Source: Octopus bimaculoides (taxonomy: Eukaryota). From it: a stretch of DNA of 64,000 nucleotides. Location of the stretch: assembly GCF_001194135.2 (NCBI RefSeq), contig NC_068982.1, forward strand, positions 36,988,687 through 37,052,686. The letters are read 5' to 3'. Shown here one piece after another: positions 1 through 12,452 of the stretch. The notes below the pieces were generated by a model. The model worked only from the letters and a program-made list of their open reading frames with translations. It searched no databases and was not told where the DNA came from. Every line of letters begins with the position of its first letter. The first letter of the stretch is position 1. A program made the translations under genes and the position numbers.

Positions 1-356
1 CAACGAAAGCCAGGTACAGAGGTTTATCCTTAGCTAGGTATTTCTCTTGCAACTGTCTCACTAGAAATAAGGCATCAGTAGTGCTTTTACCTGGCACGAA
101 CCCAAACTGCATCTCATCTAAATTGATTCGCTCCCTAATTAGTTGGGCTATGACCCTCTCTGTAACTTTCATAACCTGATCTAACAGCTTGATGCCTCTG
201 TAATTATTTGTATCTAAAGCGTCCCCTTTACCTTTGTAGCAGTTGACTATGATGCTGCTACACCAGTCATAGGGTATGACTCCTTCGTGTATCACCTGGT
301 TCGTAATACGGGTGACTAGGCTATAGCCAACACTGCCAGATATTTTGAGCATCGGG
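1..356 (-). mobile_element. Young RTE-clade LINE, reverse-transcriptase N-terminal part (5'-truncated, continues beyond the window start)
   Basis: Minus frame 352 to 2 is open for 117 codons: MLKISGSVGYSLVTRITNQVIHEGVIPYDWCSSIIVNCYKGKGDALDTNNYRGIKLLDQVMKVTERVIAQLIRERINLDEMQFGFVPGKSTTDALFLVRQLQEKYLAKDKPLYLAFV. Contains RTE RT motifs (KGKGD...NYRGIKLL, QFGF.PGKSTTDA, PLYLAFV[D]). Confidence 0.92.
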
Positions 357-684
357 TAATGGAAACAGAGGGGATCATAGAGGAGGCAATACATGCGTCT
401 TTTAATTGCCCTAATTTTCATAAAATGTTTTCAGTTTCCATTGTGTCTGAATTGTATGGTAATATATATTGATGAAATGTCTTATGCCTAAGTCTTTTAA
501 TGGCAATCAATCTGTTGGCAGTAACTTTTTGTAGCATATTTGATTTTGCTAAACAAAGCAGAGGATGAGTGGCATTGAAAGAGAGTGAACAAAAAAAAGA
601 GGGTGACAGTTTAAAAAAACTTTTTAGAAACACTCATTTAAAAGAGTACATTCTGTTACTAACTAATTAACTCCTGAACATTAT

Positions 685-722
685 TTATATATATATATCT
701 GTGTGTGTGTGTATATATATAA

Positions 723-773
<51 letters not shown>

Positions 774-795
774 GTATATATATCATCATCATCAT
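685..795. repeat. Compound (TA)n/(TG)n/(CAT)n microsatellite
   Basis: Direct reading of the sequence. Confidence 0.95.
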
Positions 796-3700
796 ATTAC
801 TAAGTAGGTGTTCTTCATTAAACTTATATGAACATTGATTTTTGGATTTGTACTCATTTTGTATCCACAATATAAAAAATTTTACTGATGTTTGTGATTT
901 CATAATACATACTTCTCTTATTCAACTAAAATTACTATTTTTAAATCTCACAATGTGAGACATTCAGCAACAGTACTTTGTAGTAAAGATTGTTTGCCAA
1001 CATAACATGGCAGTCCTGGTTTAGGACAAATGTTGCTGTAATTTAGCCCCAGGGCACATCGTCTCCAGCTGGCTCTATGACGTGATCTGTGTCCTTACAT
1101 TTTCAAACAAGGGAATCTAGCACCCCCACCTGGTTCAAAACAATATCTGTGTATCGCAATTTCCAGGTTATTTCCCTTCATCAGCACAGAATAATTGTTT
1201 GGCTAGAGGTGGCGCTGCCAAATTCCCGTTCGAAATATATAGTTTTCAAAGTGACAACTAGTCACTGATCTATAAATTAGAAAATAATCAGTAATATTCC
1301 TAAGAATGTGATATAATTGAAAAGATAAAAGTTCTTTTTGAATGCTCAGAAAGATTATCTCTTAGGTTTCACAAGTAATGTAAAATTCATGATTTAAAAT
1401 TGAGATTTTCTGTAGATTCTGCAAATTCATGATTTAAAATTAAGATTTCCTACAAACTTTTGTATTTGATTTTTTATGAAGTTGTCATATTTTTCTGATA
1501 AAATTTTACAAGAGATTTAATAATTCATGAAACATTTAATGTGCTATGATTTAAAGTCAATTTAAGCCACATTATTGTATTTACCTTTTGGCATCCTTCA
1601 CAATATTTAAATATTGCTGGTCATTGTTAATGAATGAAAATTTACTTTAAGTGTCTTTACACCTCCATACATTGTACAGTTGGAGTAAAATGCTTACAGC
1701 TCTCCTAATGCTACACCTAACCACATTTTACAGTCACATTTTACAGCCTTGTACTGAGAAACCCAACAAAGGAAGTCTTTAAAGCTCTTAAAGCTATTCT
1801 GCCCTTTTCATAGATACATGTGTGTGCATGCACACACAACTAGAGGTATGTTGTATTGAGTGTATAACTAGAACACAGTTTTAACAGTTAGCCATTACTC
1901 CTCTTCCATGCCTTATGTGAATTTTACATTTAATTGTACTGTTCATCCAGTGTATACATACAGTATGCAATGCTTTGTTTAAAAAGATCCTTCAAGTATT
2001 CAGCACTCATTTTGAAGATTAGTGTTCTGTTTTCTACATCATGCCAGTGATGAGTATTTTGAATGTAAACTTACCATCAGTCATGGCTGGTGTGATGTGA
2101 CATCACATTTCATCTGAACAATGTTCCCACAATCATGAATGAGTCAATAGCAGTTGTAATTTTTCAGCTGCCATACCTTGCCTATTGCATTCTATTGAGA
2201 GTTGGATTCGTTTTGTGAATTGGATAGCATTTATCATTTTTCACTACTTGTTGTTTAGAATTTTTAATGAATTTTAGTATCTTCTATCATTTTCATATTA
2301 TCTTGACTTTTTTTTTGTTCTTGTTTGATGTTTAAGCAGTATTTTATAACTTATCTGGTTTTTTAAGATACATCTTATATCTAGTAGGCAGCTCACCAAT
2401 ATAGAATGTGTTGTAATCTATTGACTGGTGTAGTGCATGCATGGAAGGAACTTCAGAAGTTACAAATGATTATTGATATTTTGCTTCTTTTTTTTTTTAA
2501 AAAAAGGACTCCTAAATTGCGAAGAACTTGAAACAAAACACCTTAAGTTACATCATAATCATATTGTATTAATTGAAAACCTTGTAAGATGATTGAGTCA
2601 AATCTATTGGCCTGCACTTTAGGATGGAAAGAAAAAGAGCTGATTTCATATACATCTTTTTGTTTGTTAAGCTTCAGATATTTTTACGGAATTTAAATAA
2701 TATTTTTTATTTCTTTTATCTCCTAAAAATGCCTCTACATATGTGTGTGAGTATGTCATGTTACACACACACACTCATGTAATATTATTTTATTTATATT
2801 GTTTTGCATATTTCTTTAAAAAGAATTATATCCAGAGCTAAAATCTTAATTATAACTTCAGGTTACATCAAACTCAGTAGCAAGTATTTTTTCTAAGTGG
2901 CCACAGCTAGGTAATTTAACTACAGTGAACCCACTAGCTAATGATGTCCTCTTGCAAAGAGATTCTCATTAGAGAACAAAGTCATGAAATGTTGCCAAGA
3001 TTCTCTACATTGCTGTAACCAGTTTTGGCTTCACAATCATAAAAGACTAATTAGACAAATACTTTTTTTTCTATTAGGAACCACTAACACAAGTCTATTA
3101 TGCCACTTTGAAAGTGGTAGAATAGAATATGCATTGAAATGGTAGAACTTAGTTTTTTTAAAATCTTTATGCTGTTATTGTTATTTCCTTGAATATTGAA
3201 GCTAATTCTTGTGGAATTTATAGACTTCCAGTATTCCTCTAGAAAGTAATGCTTGTTAACCTAAATGTTCTTTTTATATAATTCTGTCTGTTTTGTGACT
3301 TAGCTTCATCTAGTTTTAAAGGTTGTTATTGACTTGGAGCAAATCTTTTTAAGCAGTCAGTCATGTACTATGTAGAACATAGCGCATAAAGTGTTTTCTT
3401 TAAAATACTATATCACCTATAGCCTAATTGTAGTATTATTTCTTAAAGTACCTGTAATATCATAAGAAATGTTTTACTGTTTTACTTGATCATTTAAATG
3501 ATCTCATGTCTTTGATTGTCATATTTCTTTCTATAAAGAATACTTTTTTAATGAATTTTTGAAGTGAATGTTCTTAATTCAATATAGTATGAAAATATTC
3601 TTTGCTAATAATTCATGACATGCAGAATGTATCTATTAATATAGGGTTGGAAGGAAATTAAACACGAAAGAAGAGAAAAGGATTATAGTTTTATTTTTTG

Positions 3701-4049
3701 CAATTTTCTGTTAAGCATTTTAATAAGGGCTGCATCTCTGTGTTTAAAACATAGTTATGATATTGCTATCTCTTTCTTTCAACAAATAGATGTGCATGCA
3801 TTGCTGTAAAAAAATTTTTTTTTAAAGGAAAAGAAAAGCAGATATGTGAGAATTAGGATTAAAATAGAAATATTCTGAAATATTGTAGACCTATGTAATT
3901 TATCCAGAATGGAGAAACTAATTTTCAATAATGATAGTGATGATGAAAAATAATTTAACCCTTCCTTGCCGTATTTCTAATGACATACACTGTCAATGTG
4001 TTTTAATTAATTTGAAAAATAATCTAGGATTTGGTGTTTGGAGCATATC

Positions 4050-4388
4050 TTGTATGTTTCAGTCATAGGACTGCAGCCATGCTAAGGCATTGCCATAAAA
4101 GGTTTAGTGAAACAAATCAATTCTAGTACTTATTTTTTAAATGTCTGGTACTTATTCTATAGGTCTCTTTTTGGCAAACCGTTAAATTATGGAGACATAA
4201 ACAAACCAACACTAATTGTGAAGCAGTGGTGGGACAAATACACATACATGACAAGCTTCTTTCAATTTGTGTCTTCCAAATCTACTCCCAATGCTATAGT
4301 AGAAGACACTTGCCCAAGATGCTGTGCAGTGGGACTGAAGCCATTACTTCATGGCTGGGAAGCAAGTCTCTTAAACACTCAGCCACGG
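4050..4388 (-). mobile_element. SINE family A (tRNA-like head; ...ATGACTGAAACA tail)
   Basis: Reverse-complement match to copies at 20706, 43428 and 44665 (GGCTGxGTGxTTAAG...CTTGGGCAAGTGTCTTCTACTATAG...ATGACTGAAACA). Confidence 0.75.
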
Positions 4389-5942
4389 TTGTGCTATCAT
4401 GATAGTTTCTTACATATTTACAAACATTTCAAAATTAGATTGTTTTGAATTATAAAATCAGACATTCTCAAACACATTTGCATCAAAAGGGTTAAGCTGA
4501 TTAATTTCCACTATTTTTCTCCAATAAATATTTAGGAAATTATTCTGGATTTATTTTTAGATATAATGAAAATTTTGTCTGTAATGATAACTATTCAACT
4601 GCATTTAAATCAATGGCAACTGATTGAATTCCTGTTGTTATTGAACCCTTTTTTTTTTAAATAAAAAGACATTGATGTAAATTTAACATTTTACACTAAT
4701 CAAAACTGATTAGCATTTGATTCTGAATGAGGCTGAGAAGAACTGAACTATACTTTTATATGATTAATTGTTCAAACCTGACTTGGTTGGATGAGGTGGA
4801 TTTATAAAAAGAGAGAAGCGAAGACAAAATAAATATCAACTATAGGATGCACCTATAGTATAATGGTTAGCAACAGAATATACTATGTTGTTGCCATTTT
4901 ATATGGGCTTATAGACTAGTCAGCTCTCATTAACTTTTACATCCCACTGCCCATTTTTTCCCCCTAAAGTATTTTTCACTATGATTGTATATAACATTTG
5001 TTAGTGAATACAAATCTTTCCTTTAAGAAGAGTTTCTTGATTTTTTTTTTCTACACTTGTTCTTTCTGAATAGTGTAGGAAGACAAATGAAATGAAATCA
5101 AACTTAAATAATGGAATATTTTAATGTAATTTTCCTTCACAATTAATCCAAACCTGATATGTTTCTCATATTTAGGTCAATTCATTTAAATATATTATGA
5201 TTATTTTAATCTGAATTTAAATCAGATCTGAATGAAAAAGAGGTGAATCAATTTTTTTTTTATCAGACTATGGTATTTGAAGTAGACATAGAACTCTTTT
5301 CTCAATATTTTAGTAATATTGTAATAAACTGCTAATGTGAAAATTTATTACTATAAATAAATTACAGTTTGTACAAGCCATGTAATTGGTAAGTGCCATA
5401 AAGAAGACTGAGTGCATTACAGTATCTTACTTATAGTTGCCAAATTTTCTCAGCTTCTGAAAAAGGCATTTACTCAAGAAAGGAATGTTTCTAGATAATA
5501 AATTTATATTTGTATGTATAATAAGCTTGATGATGAAATCACACAATAAATTCTTTATAAATCTTATGCTTTATATATAAGTTCCTTATAAATCTTTGCT
5601 TTCTGTCCTTCTTACAGCAGAAAACTTGGTACAAGTAAATAATATAGTTTATTTAGTTATTTTCCAGCCTACAATAAATTATTGTAGGCTTGTTAAAAAG
5701 ATTCAGTACTGTGACTTATATAAATACATAAAATTAAAGATATATCTTCCCTTTAAAACATTGGAGAATTACATTTAAGCCTTTCTACACCTCCACTTTC
5801 TTTGTCTAGATGCAAACTCCAAACTTTTACCTCTCAATCTAGAATGTCTGTAAGGAAAAAAGACAATAAAGATAACACCATAATCACAGTACTCTAGTAG
5901 ACCATAGTAGAAAATGACACTTCAAAAATGCATTGTCTAGAA

Positions 5943-6092
5943 AAGGCATGGGCAACTTCTTTTTTGAAAAGCAGGCCATATGAGACATGACGCATAATCA
6001 GGTGGGCCTCACTATTAAAAAAAAATATTCAAGGTAATTTTTGTTGATGTATTATTCAGAAAGTCTCACAGATTGCATTTGGCCCAATACTG
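5943..6092. mobile_element. hAT-type MITE (150 bp) with a perfect 8-bp target duplication
   Basis: GTCTAGAA at 5935-5942 and 6093-6100; imperfect TIRs AAGGCATGGGCAA / TTGGCCCAATACTG. Confidence 0.75.
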
Positions 6093-6336
6093 GTCTAGAA
6101 TTTGCATCTACTGTAGAGATAAAACTTAAATTTATTAATACTTAATTTTATTGCAAAATAAGAAAATTTTTAAAGAAAATAACGTCAGAATGATATTCAG
6201 AACAACATAATTTGTAATTCTGTCACTGAAGTAAAATGCCATGGAGCCATTGGGTTAAAACTTTTCAGTAGAAAATAGAAGAAAAACTAAAGAAGGAAAC
6301 AGATTTTAAGAATTTTTTAATATTACCAAAATATAG

Positions 6337-6545
6337 GGCAGTGAGCTGGCAGAATACTTAAACACACTGGACAAAATGGCTAGCAACATTTTGTCCTTAC
6401 ATTTAGAGTTCAAATTCTGCCAAGGTTGACTTTGCCTTTCATCTTTTCAGGGTTGATAAAACAAGTACCTCTTGAGCACTGGGGTTGATGTAATCAACTT
6501 ACCCCCCTCTGCTGGCCTTGTGCCTAAATTTTAAAACAATATTAT
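6337..6545 (+). mobile_element. SINE family B (tRNA-like head; central CCTTTCATC...GATAAA...AGTACC block, Meta-domain-like)
   Basis: GGCAGTGAGCTGGCAGAA (A-box-like)...GAGTTCAAATTC (B-box)...TTTGCCTTTCATCTTTTCAGGGTTGATAAAACAAGTACC. The domain name is from memory and unverified. Confidence 0.75.
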
Positions 6546-6600
6546 CAGAGTAGATAGGTTAGAGATAATGTTTTCTGTTTTAAACCAGTAATTTTTATAG

Positions 6601-6771
6601 AGAGGAGTTAGTTGATGCCAACAACCCCAGTATTTGACTGGTACTTTATTTTATTGATACTGAAGAAATGAAAGGCAAGGTTAACCTTCGCAGAATTTGA
6701 ACTTGGAATGTTAAGAGGCTGATCAAATACATTAAAAAATTTTTTATGATACTCTAACAATTCCGCCAGCT
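6601..6771 (-). mobile_element. SINE family B, inverted relative to 6337-6545
   Basis: Reverse complement reads AGCTGGCGGAA...GTTCAAATTCTGCGAAGGTTAACCTTGCCTTTCAT...TAAAGTACCAG...CTGGGGTTG. Confidence 0.75.
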
Positions 6772-7749
6772 GAAAAATAAGTTAGGAATAAAATAAGGCA
6801 CAAAATAAAAATCACTTGCAATTGCTTGATGAAGTTAAATAAAGTACTTCAGAGAAAAGGAAATAAGAGTGTTATATTTGTAACTTTTCAAAGGGTATTA
6901 TCCGTGTAAATAAAAGTAAAGTGAAATCACATAAACCAGGGATTGAAACAGTGTAGTTGATTCGACTCTATGGCACTTGTTCCTAATAATTCTAGCATTA
7001 GCACAAAAGCCATGGATATTGGAAAGGAGATAATTTAAATTGACTGCTTCATTACATCAACATTGGAAGGATGAAAGTCAAAGTTGTCTTAAGTGAAACT
7101 TGAATCTAAACATGCTGAAACTAGACCCTACAAGGCAATCCCCCAGCATTCTACTGATTCTTTACAATCCACCCTGACTGTTGAAATACAGTGCTTTTAT
7201 TTCAAATAATATTGAAAATAATGAGGTGTTTAGTAAGATAACTTTGGCATTAAGCTGTTGTTTGGAATATAAATATAAAATTTGATGGAAGGTATTAATT
7301 AAGATCACTTTAAAGCAGAAAGGTTGTTTCATAGAACCAGAGTGGTCTCAGATGGGTTAGTTTCAAAATGATATTTACTTTTCATAATCTCAAAAAAATA
7401 CTTTTTTTAATTACCTAATATGAGCTGTTAAGATTATAAGTATTAGCATTCCTGCTTTCATTTGTAGCTCTTTTTTTTTTATTATTAATTTTCTCTTTTT
7501 GAGAAAAAATGCTATTATGCTATGGTTGCAACTTCTCTTAGATTTAAAAGTATTAGGCTTGTCAAATAATGCAACTGGTTTATAGAAATTTTATAAATAC
7601 ATTTTTGTTTAATCTGCTTTTTTTGAATACATGTATTACCAGTTACTTTCTTTTTATGATCTATCAAAATCTTGAAGACCAAGATGTCCTTGAATGTTAG
7701 TTAATTATACTAGAAAAATTAAATGTTCAAAGTGAGTTGTGTTTGAGAG

Positions 7750-8490
7750 AGTTTGATGCAGATATTGTTGTAATTTGGAGATGGTCAATCTGCCATAAAA
7801 TGCATATGCACTAGTTGTGTAATTGACCATGGTGGAGTATCCCTATTCCCTACAGACATTCTACGAAACTGTATCCAAATTATGTAATAGCATATTAATA
7901 TCACAAAAGTTCATAAAGACCATAAAGCTCCTCAATGCTCATATGAGAATATAATGTCACACCTTTTAGCCAAAGAGTTAAACTACAAACAACTTGCAAG
8001 ACACCAACCATATCATACCTGCACATTATGGGATTGGGAAGGATCATAGATCTATCTCTGATACTGTTGCTGGATCCCCAGCTAATCCTGTTTGTGGTAC
8101 CAACATCCTTTGCAACACAGGTTGTTTCATCTTGATAGTCATTTACCCTCTAGAGTGTTTGCAGATTCCTGTGGTAATGCTGAACCCCTCTTTAGTTGGA
8201 TCAATGAATATTACCATTCATGCAATTTACAGACAGTGTTGTAGGAAGCATTGATATCCACCTTTCAGTATTGATTTTGTTGTTGAGAAATACATGAAAG
8301 TAATTTGCAAGACTGATGTGATAATGTATGATGACAACACCAAGGAACTAAGGGTTCTCTTAAACCTCATGTGTATTAATGATGACATTGCCAAACATGA
8401 TTTTAAAAGATTTTGCTCCATCAGATTCAAATGAAGTAGTTCATTTACCATTATCTTGGCCATAAATAAGATCCCAGTAAGCATTGGTTT
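7750..8490 (-). mobile_element. Degenerate LINE (I/Jockey-group) region downstream of the RT core
   Basis: Minus frame with stops: ...ENP*FLGVVI...ISWGSSNSIR...PIMCRY, resembling the P.FLGV.(F/L)D and WG...TLR...PI.EY motifs of I-group LINEs. Confidence 0.5.
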
Positions 8491-10062
8491 AATGGAATAA
8501 ACCTGTCTAAACTCTCAAAAACCTCAGTCAAATTACAAATATGGTTAAATATTGTTTATACTAGTATAAACAATGCATTAAGTGGTATATTCATATTTAA
8601 TTTTAAACTATGTATACAAGAGAATGATGTGACCCTCAGTGTCAGTCTCACTGGAGGTGTGGCCAACCATTTTTAGGTATGGTGCAATAGATTACTTGGG
8701 AAATATCTAAGAAAACGGTCCATAACTGTGATAACAATTTTGTCATAGAACCTTGAGGTTGAAATAACTTAAGGCAGATTAGATGAGTGTACTATGAAAA
8801 TCCCCCAAAACATAGTAAATTCCACTCACTGTGGTTCTCATACTGAGAAATGCCAGGCCATACAAAAATATCAGTGAAATCGTCTTAAACATAACCATTT
8901 CTCTGTTCCTTTTTCAAACCTCATAGCCTCATAAGAAATATAATACTAGAGCCTGAATGTAACAGTGACAACCCATGTAACATTATATTGTAATTACAGC
9001 ACAATTGTGAATGGTCATGGTTAATTCTCACTCCTGTCACCACCTCAAATTCATGTTTTAGTTGCATGCTAAACTTCCACAAATTTTGGAATTCTATACC
9101 ATAAATTTTCTACAAATTGAGTTTCCTAACTAGTGCACTTTATTTTTAGAGGAAGTCATGCAAAATAATAATTTTATAATTATAAATTAAAAATTTATTG
9201 GTTACTTAAATCCTCCAACATCCTTTGGTTTTCTTTTACTTCCAATTCCCTCTCAAATTTTTTGGGTCTTGTTTCATGACTACTTCATTTCATCCTAGTC
9301 TATTCTTGTCTTGATGTCTTCTTTCTTCATAAATAATCACGAAACTATTCTATGAAAGCATTTACATGCTTTTAGCCATTGCCAAGAACTATAATTGTTT
9401 GAAGCTCAACTTGACATCATGTGTATTACTATGGGTGCAGGCAGAATGCTACAAATGGGCTAACGGTTGTGAATATAATTTAATAATAAGACAGAATAGA
9501 GTTTTGGCAATAATACCATGTTGCCTTTTAAAATCATTTTATCTACTTTGTTGTAGGTTTGTTAAATTTTAATAAAATTGCTGTTCTGTTATTAAATTAA
9601 GCCTTCAGCAATTTCATCATGTTTGAATATTGTATTTAATTTGACAAATGCAAACTAAAATACAAAACAGAAGACATATTACTTTATTTTACATTAGAAA
9701 TGTTTTCTTTTCCTTAAAAATAGAAATACTAATAAAAAATTTTATATGGAAAATTTTGTTTTCATATTCTGATAAATATTTAGAAACAATGTTGTATAAC
9801 TTATTCTGAATTAATGTTATAAATTAACAGTTTTTTTTTTAGTGTTTAATTACAAAAGTTAATTTAATTTTTCTTATTTTTGTAATAATTCTGAATAATT
9901 TCTTTATTTCCCTGTTATTTTTTTTTAAAGTTAATTCAAGGAATATGAACTGTTTGTCATTGAAAATGTCATAATTTTCAAATTCTTTTTCAATCATTAT
10001 TTCTTTATATTTTCAAACTATTTAATCTTCAGAGTTTCAAGATATGCTAATTATTTAAATGT

Positions 10063-10065
<3 letters not shown>

Positions 10066-10120
<55 letters not shown>
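10066..10120. repeat. (CT)n microsatellite
   Basis: Direct reading; pyrimidine strand is the sense strand. Confidence 0.95.
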
Positions 10121-10124
<4 letters not shown>

Positions 10125-10419
10125 CCTCCCTTCTCACTCTCTCAAAACATGACTAAGACAAACATTATCTGATCAAGTAGAAAGTTTGACAGATAATAGT
10201 CTGATAGAATTTACATCCATTTTGTAATTCCATATATCATTTCTGAGATGTGTGTAGTTTCATACATTGTACATTTTTTCATATGTATTATTACATATGT
10301 TAAACAGATGTACATGTAACTTGTAAATAATATACATTACATGATCTACAAATGTAGATATTGTTTTTCTTTCTATTGTGGAAATTAATATTGCACCCAT
10401 TGGAAATAAGGAGATTAAA

Positions 10420-11620
10420 ATTAAATTTTGATCTCTTTATTTCTTGTATGCTGATTAAGCTCTTTAACCAGAAATTCAGGACTTCATCAATCCTAGGAAC
10501 TTTTCAATTGCTAGAGATTTTCAGTTGGTAAATTCATCACTAATCATACTGAGTCACAATTGTGGCATTTATTTCTTTTTTATCTTTATTTTCTTATTTG
10601 TTGTATATCTTCATTGTATATTTTAGTTCCATGTGCTCTCTTAAGCAGAATAGTATTTTTTGTTAGTTGTATCTTCAAATGTGGTTGTTATTAGTCTTTT
10701 AATGTCTGGAATTTGTCTGAAATTGGTCATTCTGATAGAAGAGCATCTTATTTTTCAAAGTATCTTATACAGCATTTATTTGCTAGGATCAGTTGTTTCA
10801 ATTTTTCTTTCACTTCAGGCATCTCTTTTCTTAATATTGTTCATTATTGATAGTTTTTTTTCTTTCTTTTGTCAAATATGTGTTGTGTATTTTTCTTTCT
10901 TCATCACTACTATGGCTACTGAGTAAATTACATTATTGTGGATTTGCTTGAGGAAAATCTTTTGAAGGATCTGATTGTATTTGACAATTATTTTGTGGAG
11001 GTTTTTGTTTATTTGTTTTTTATCTCTATGTTAGACCTGATCAAGCATATCAAAAGCATTCCAACCATGACCATCCCATCCATTTTTTCCCAGACATATT
11101 GTACTTTAGAGAAAACTTTATCAAATAGCTATTTCTTTCTTAAAATAGCAGGTCGTGATTGGATGAAGATTTGGTTGCTATTTTTAGCAAAGCAAGTGAC
11201 TGCATAGAGGATTTATTCATCATTTGAGGAGATATTTCTGTTGATCAATATTGATGAATTTTGTTACAGTCAGTTTTTTTTTATTTTGTTGATTTTGCTT
11301 ATATTATCATTATGCAGGATATTGTTAAGGTTTCTTGTTATAAGAGGGGCAAAAGTATACTTTTGTTGTAACTGAGTATTGGACTGGTTATTTCTAAGGA
11401 GTTTGCTTCTCTCTTTTCTTTTCTTTTCTTTTGTGTGTGTGTGTGTGATAGTATGGCTTTTTCATTTGTAGTCAGTTCTGCTTATTTCTGAGATTTCAAT
11501 GACCTTAGCTTTTTTCTGTGGTTGGGTTGTATTATTTTTCTACATGAATTTTTATGAGCTGTTCTATTTCTGAGTTTTTTTCTTTTTTTTTGTACATTAA
11601 ACAGCTGCATATATTCACAT
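10420..11620 (-). mobile_element. Degenerate R4/Dong-like non-LTR element (pre-RT region), interrupted by a SINE
   Basis: Minus strand KEKLKQLILANKCCIRYFEK...FYQNDQF (10772-10811 and downstream) and VPRIDEVLNFWLK (10459-10500) match the recalled Dong/R4 'LKQKL.A..RIRRY...QN..F' and 'PG.D.I.NFWLK' motifs. Confidence 0.6.
11015..11212 (-). mobile_element. SINE-like family C, nested in the Dong-like remnant
   Basis: Shares GACCTGATCAAGC...CATTCCAACCATGACCATCCC...GATTTGGTTGCTATTTTTAGCA...CATAGAGG with copies at ~12050, ~41888 and ~54180. Confidence 0.6.
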
Positions 11621-12049
11621 TTCATTTGAGTTTCTTTTTAAAGCTAAAAAATGAGAAATAACTAAGGGTTTTAGAGAATTAATATACTAGCTGAAGGGAG
11701 GTATAGTATGGCTATATTAGATATATTGTTTTTGGTCTCGTATCTCATTTTCATTTTAAACAATGAGAGGTGAAAGAAGTGAGTCTTCTTTTTGGGAGCA
11801 ACTTTATTGGAAAGTTACAGCTTCTGGCATTCATATTGCATTGTGATTTAGTTAGCAAATAAGTGCCCCTCAATTCCCTAGGTCACTAAGTTTTGCTTTT
11901 CTTTGTAATTTTGTGTGTATTGTCTATTATACTTGAAATATTATTGCCTTGTTCTTGTTCATTGCAGTTGCATGATGATACTGTAAAGAATGTGTTTTGT
12001 GCATAATGAATACAAGAAAAACATAGAATATTAGTTTTGTTTTATTTAG

Positions 12050-12452
12050 CTTTTAAGAAATCTTGATTGAGCAGACCTATGAGCAAAAAATCTTACATAC
12101 CACTACTTCATTTAATATGAGCCCTCCTAATTTTTCTGAGATAGCAGAGGGTAATTTGAGTGTAATACCGGTTGATATTTCTAGCAGGTTAAATGACCAC
12201 TTACAGCAGTGGTTCCCAAAGTGGGCAGTACTGCCACCTTGGTGGGTGTTGAAGAAAAGTTAGGTGATAATAGGGTGGCCTAAAAGTGGGTGATGGATGT
12301 AAAAACAACAAAAAAAAAAATGGGTTAATTAGGTGAAGTTTTATTTGTGAAATACTGTTGTTTTGAATTTTCTGCAGAAAGTGGTCTGTTTGTGGTGGTG
12401 TGGGGGGTAGGGGCAGCCTGAAAAAGTTTAGGAACCACTGGCTTAGAGGCTC
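12050..12452 (-). mobile_element. SINE-like family C interrupted by the hAT MITE at 12207-12440
   Basis: GAGCAGACCTATGAGCAAA...GATATTTCTAGCAGGTTAAATGACCAC [MITE] TTAGAGGCTCC. Confidence 0.6.
12207..12440. mobile_element. hAT (Charlie-like) MITE (234 bp) inserted into a SINE
   Basis: TIRs CAGTGGTTCCCAAA / TTTAGGAACCACTG (13/14); flanking 8-mers ACTTACAG and GCTTAGAG (6/8). Confidence 0.8.

Noticed and set aside
1203-1218. CTCF-like motif GCTAGAGGTGGCGCTG
   Set aside because: Only the 3' half matches the consensus, and it adjoins repeat-like sequence; a single partial motif is uninformative.
2091-2107. 17-bp palindrome TGTGATGT-G-ACATCACA
   Set aside because: Single short palindrome, expected occasionally in 64 kb; no supporting context.
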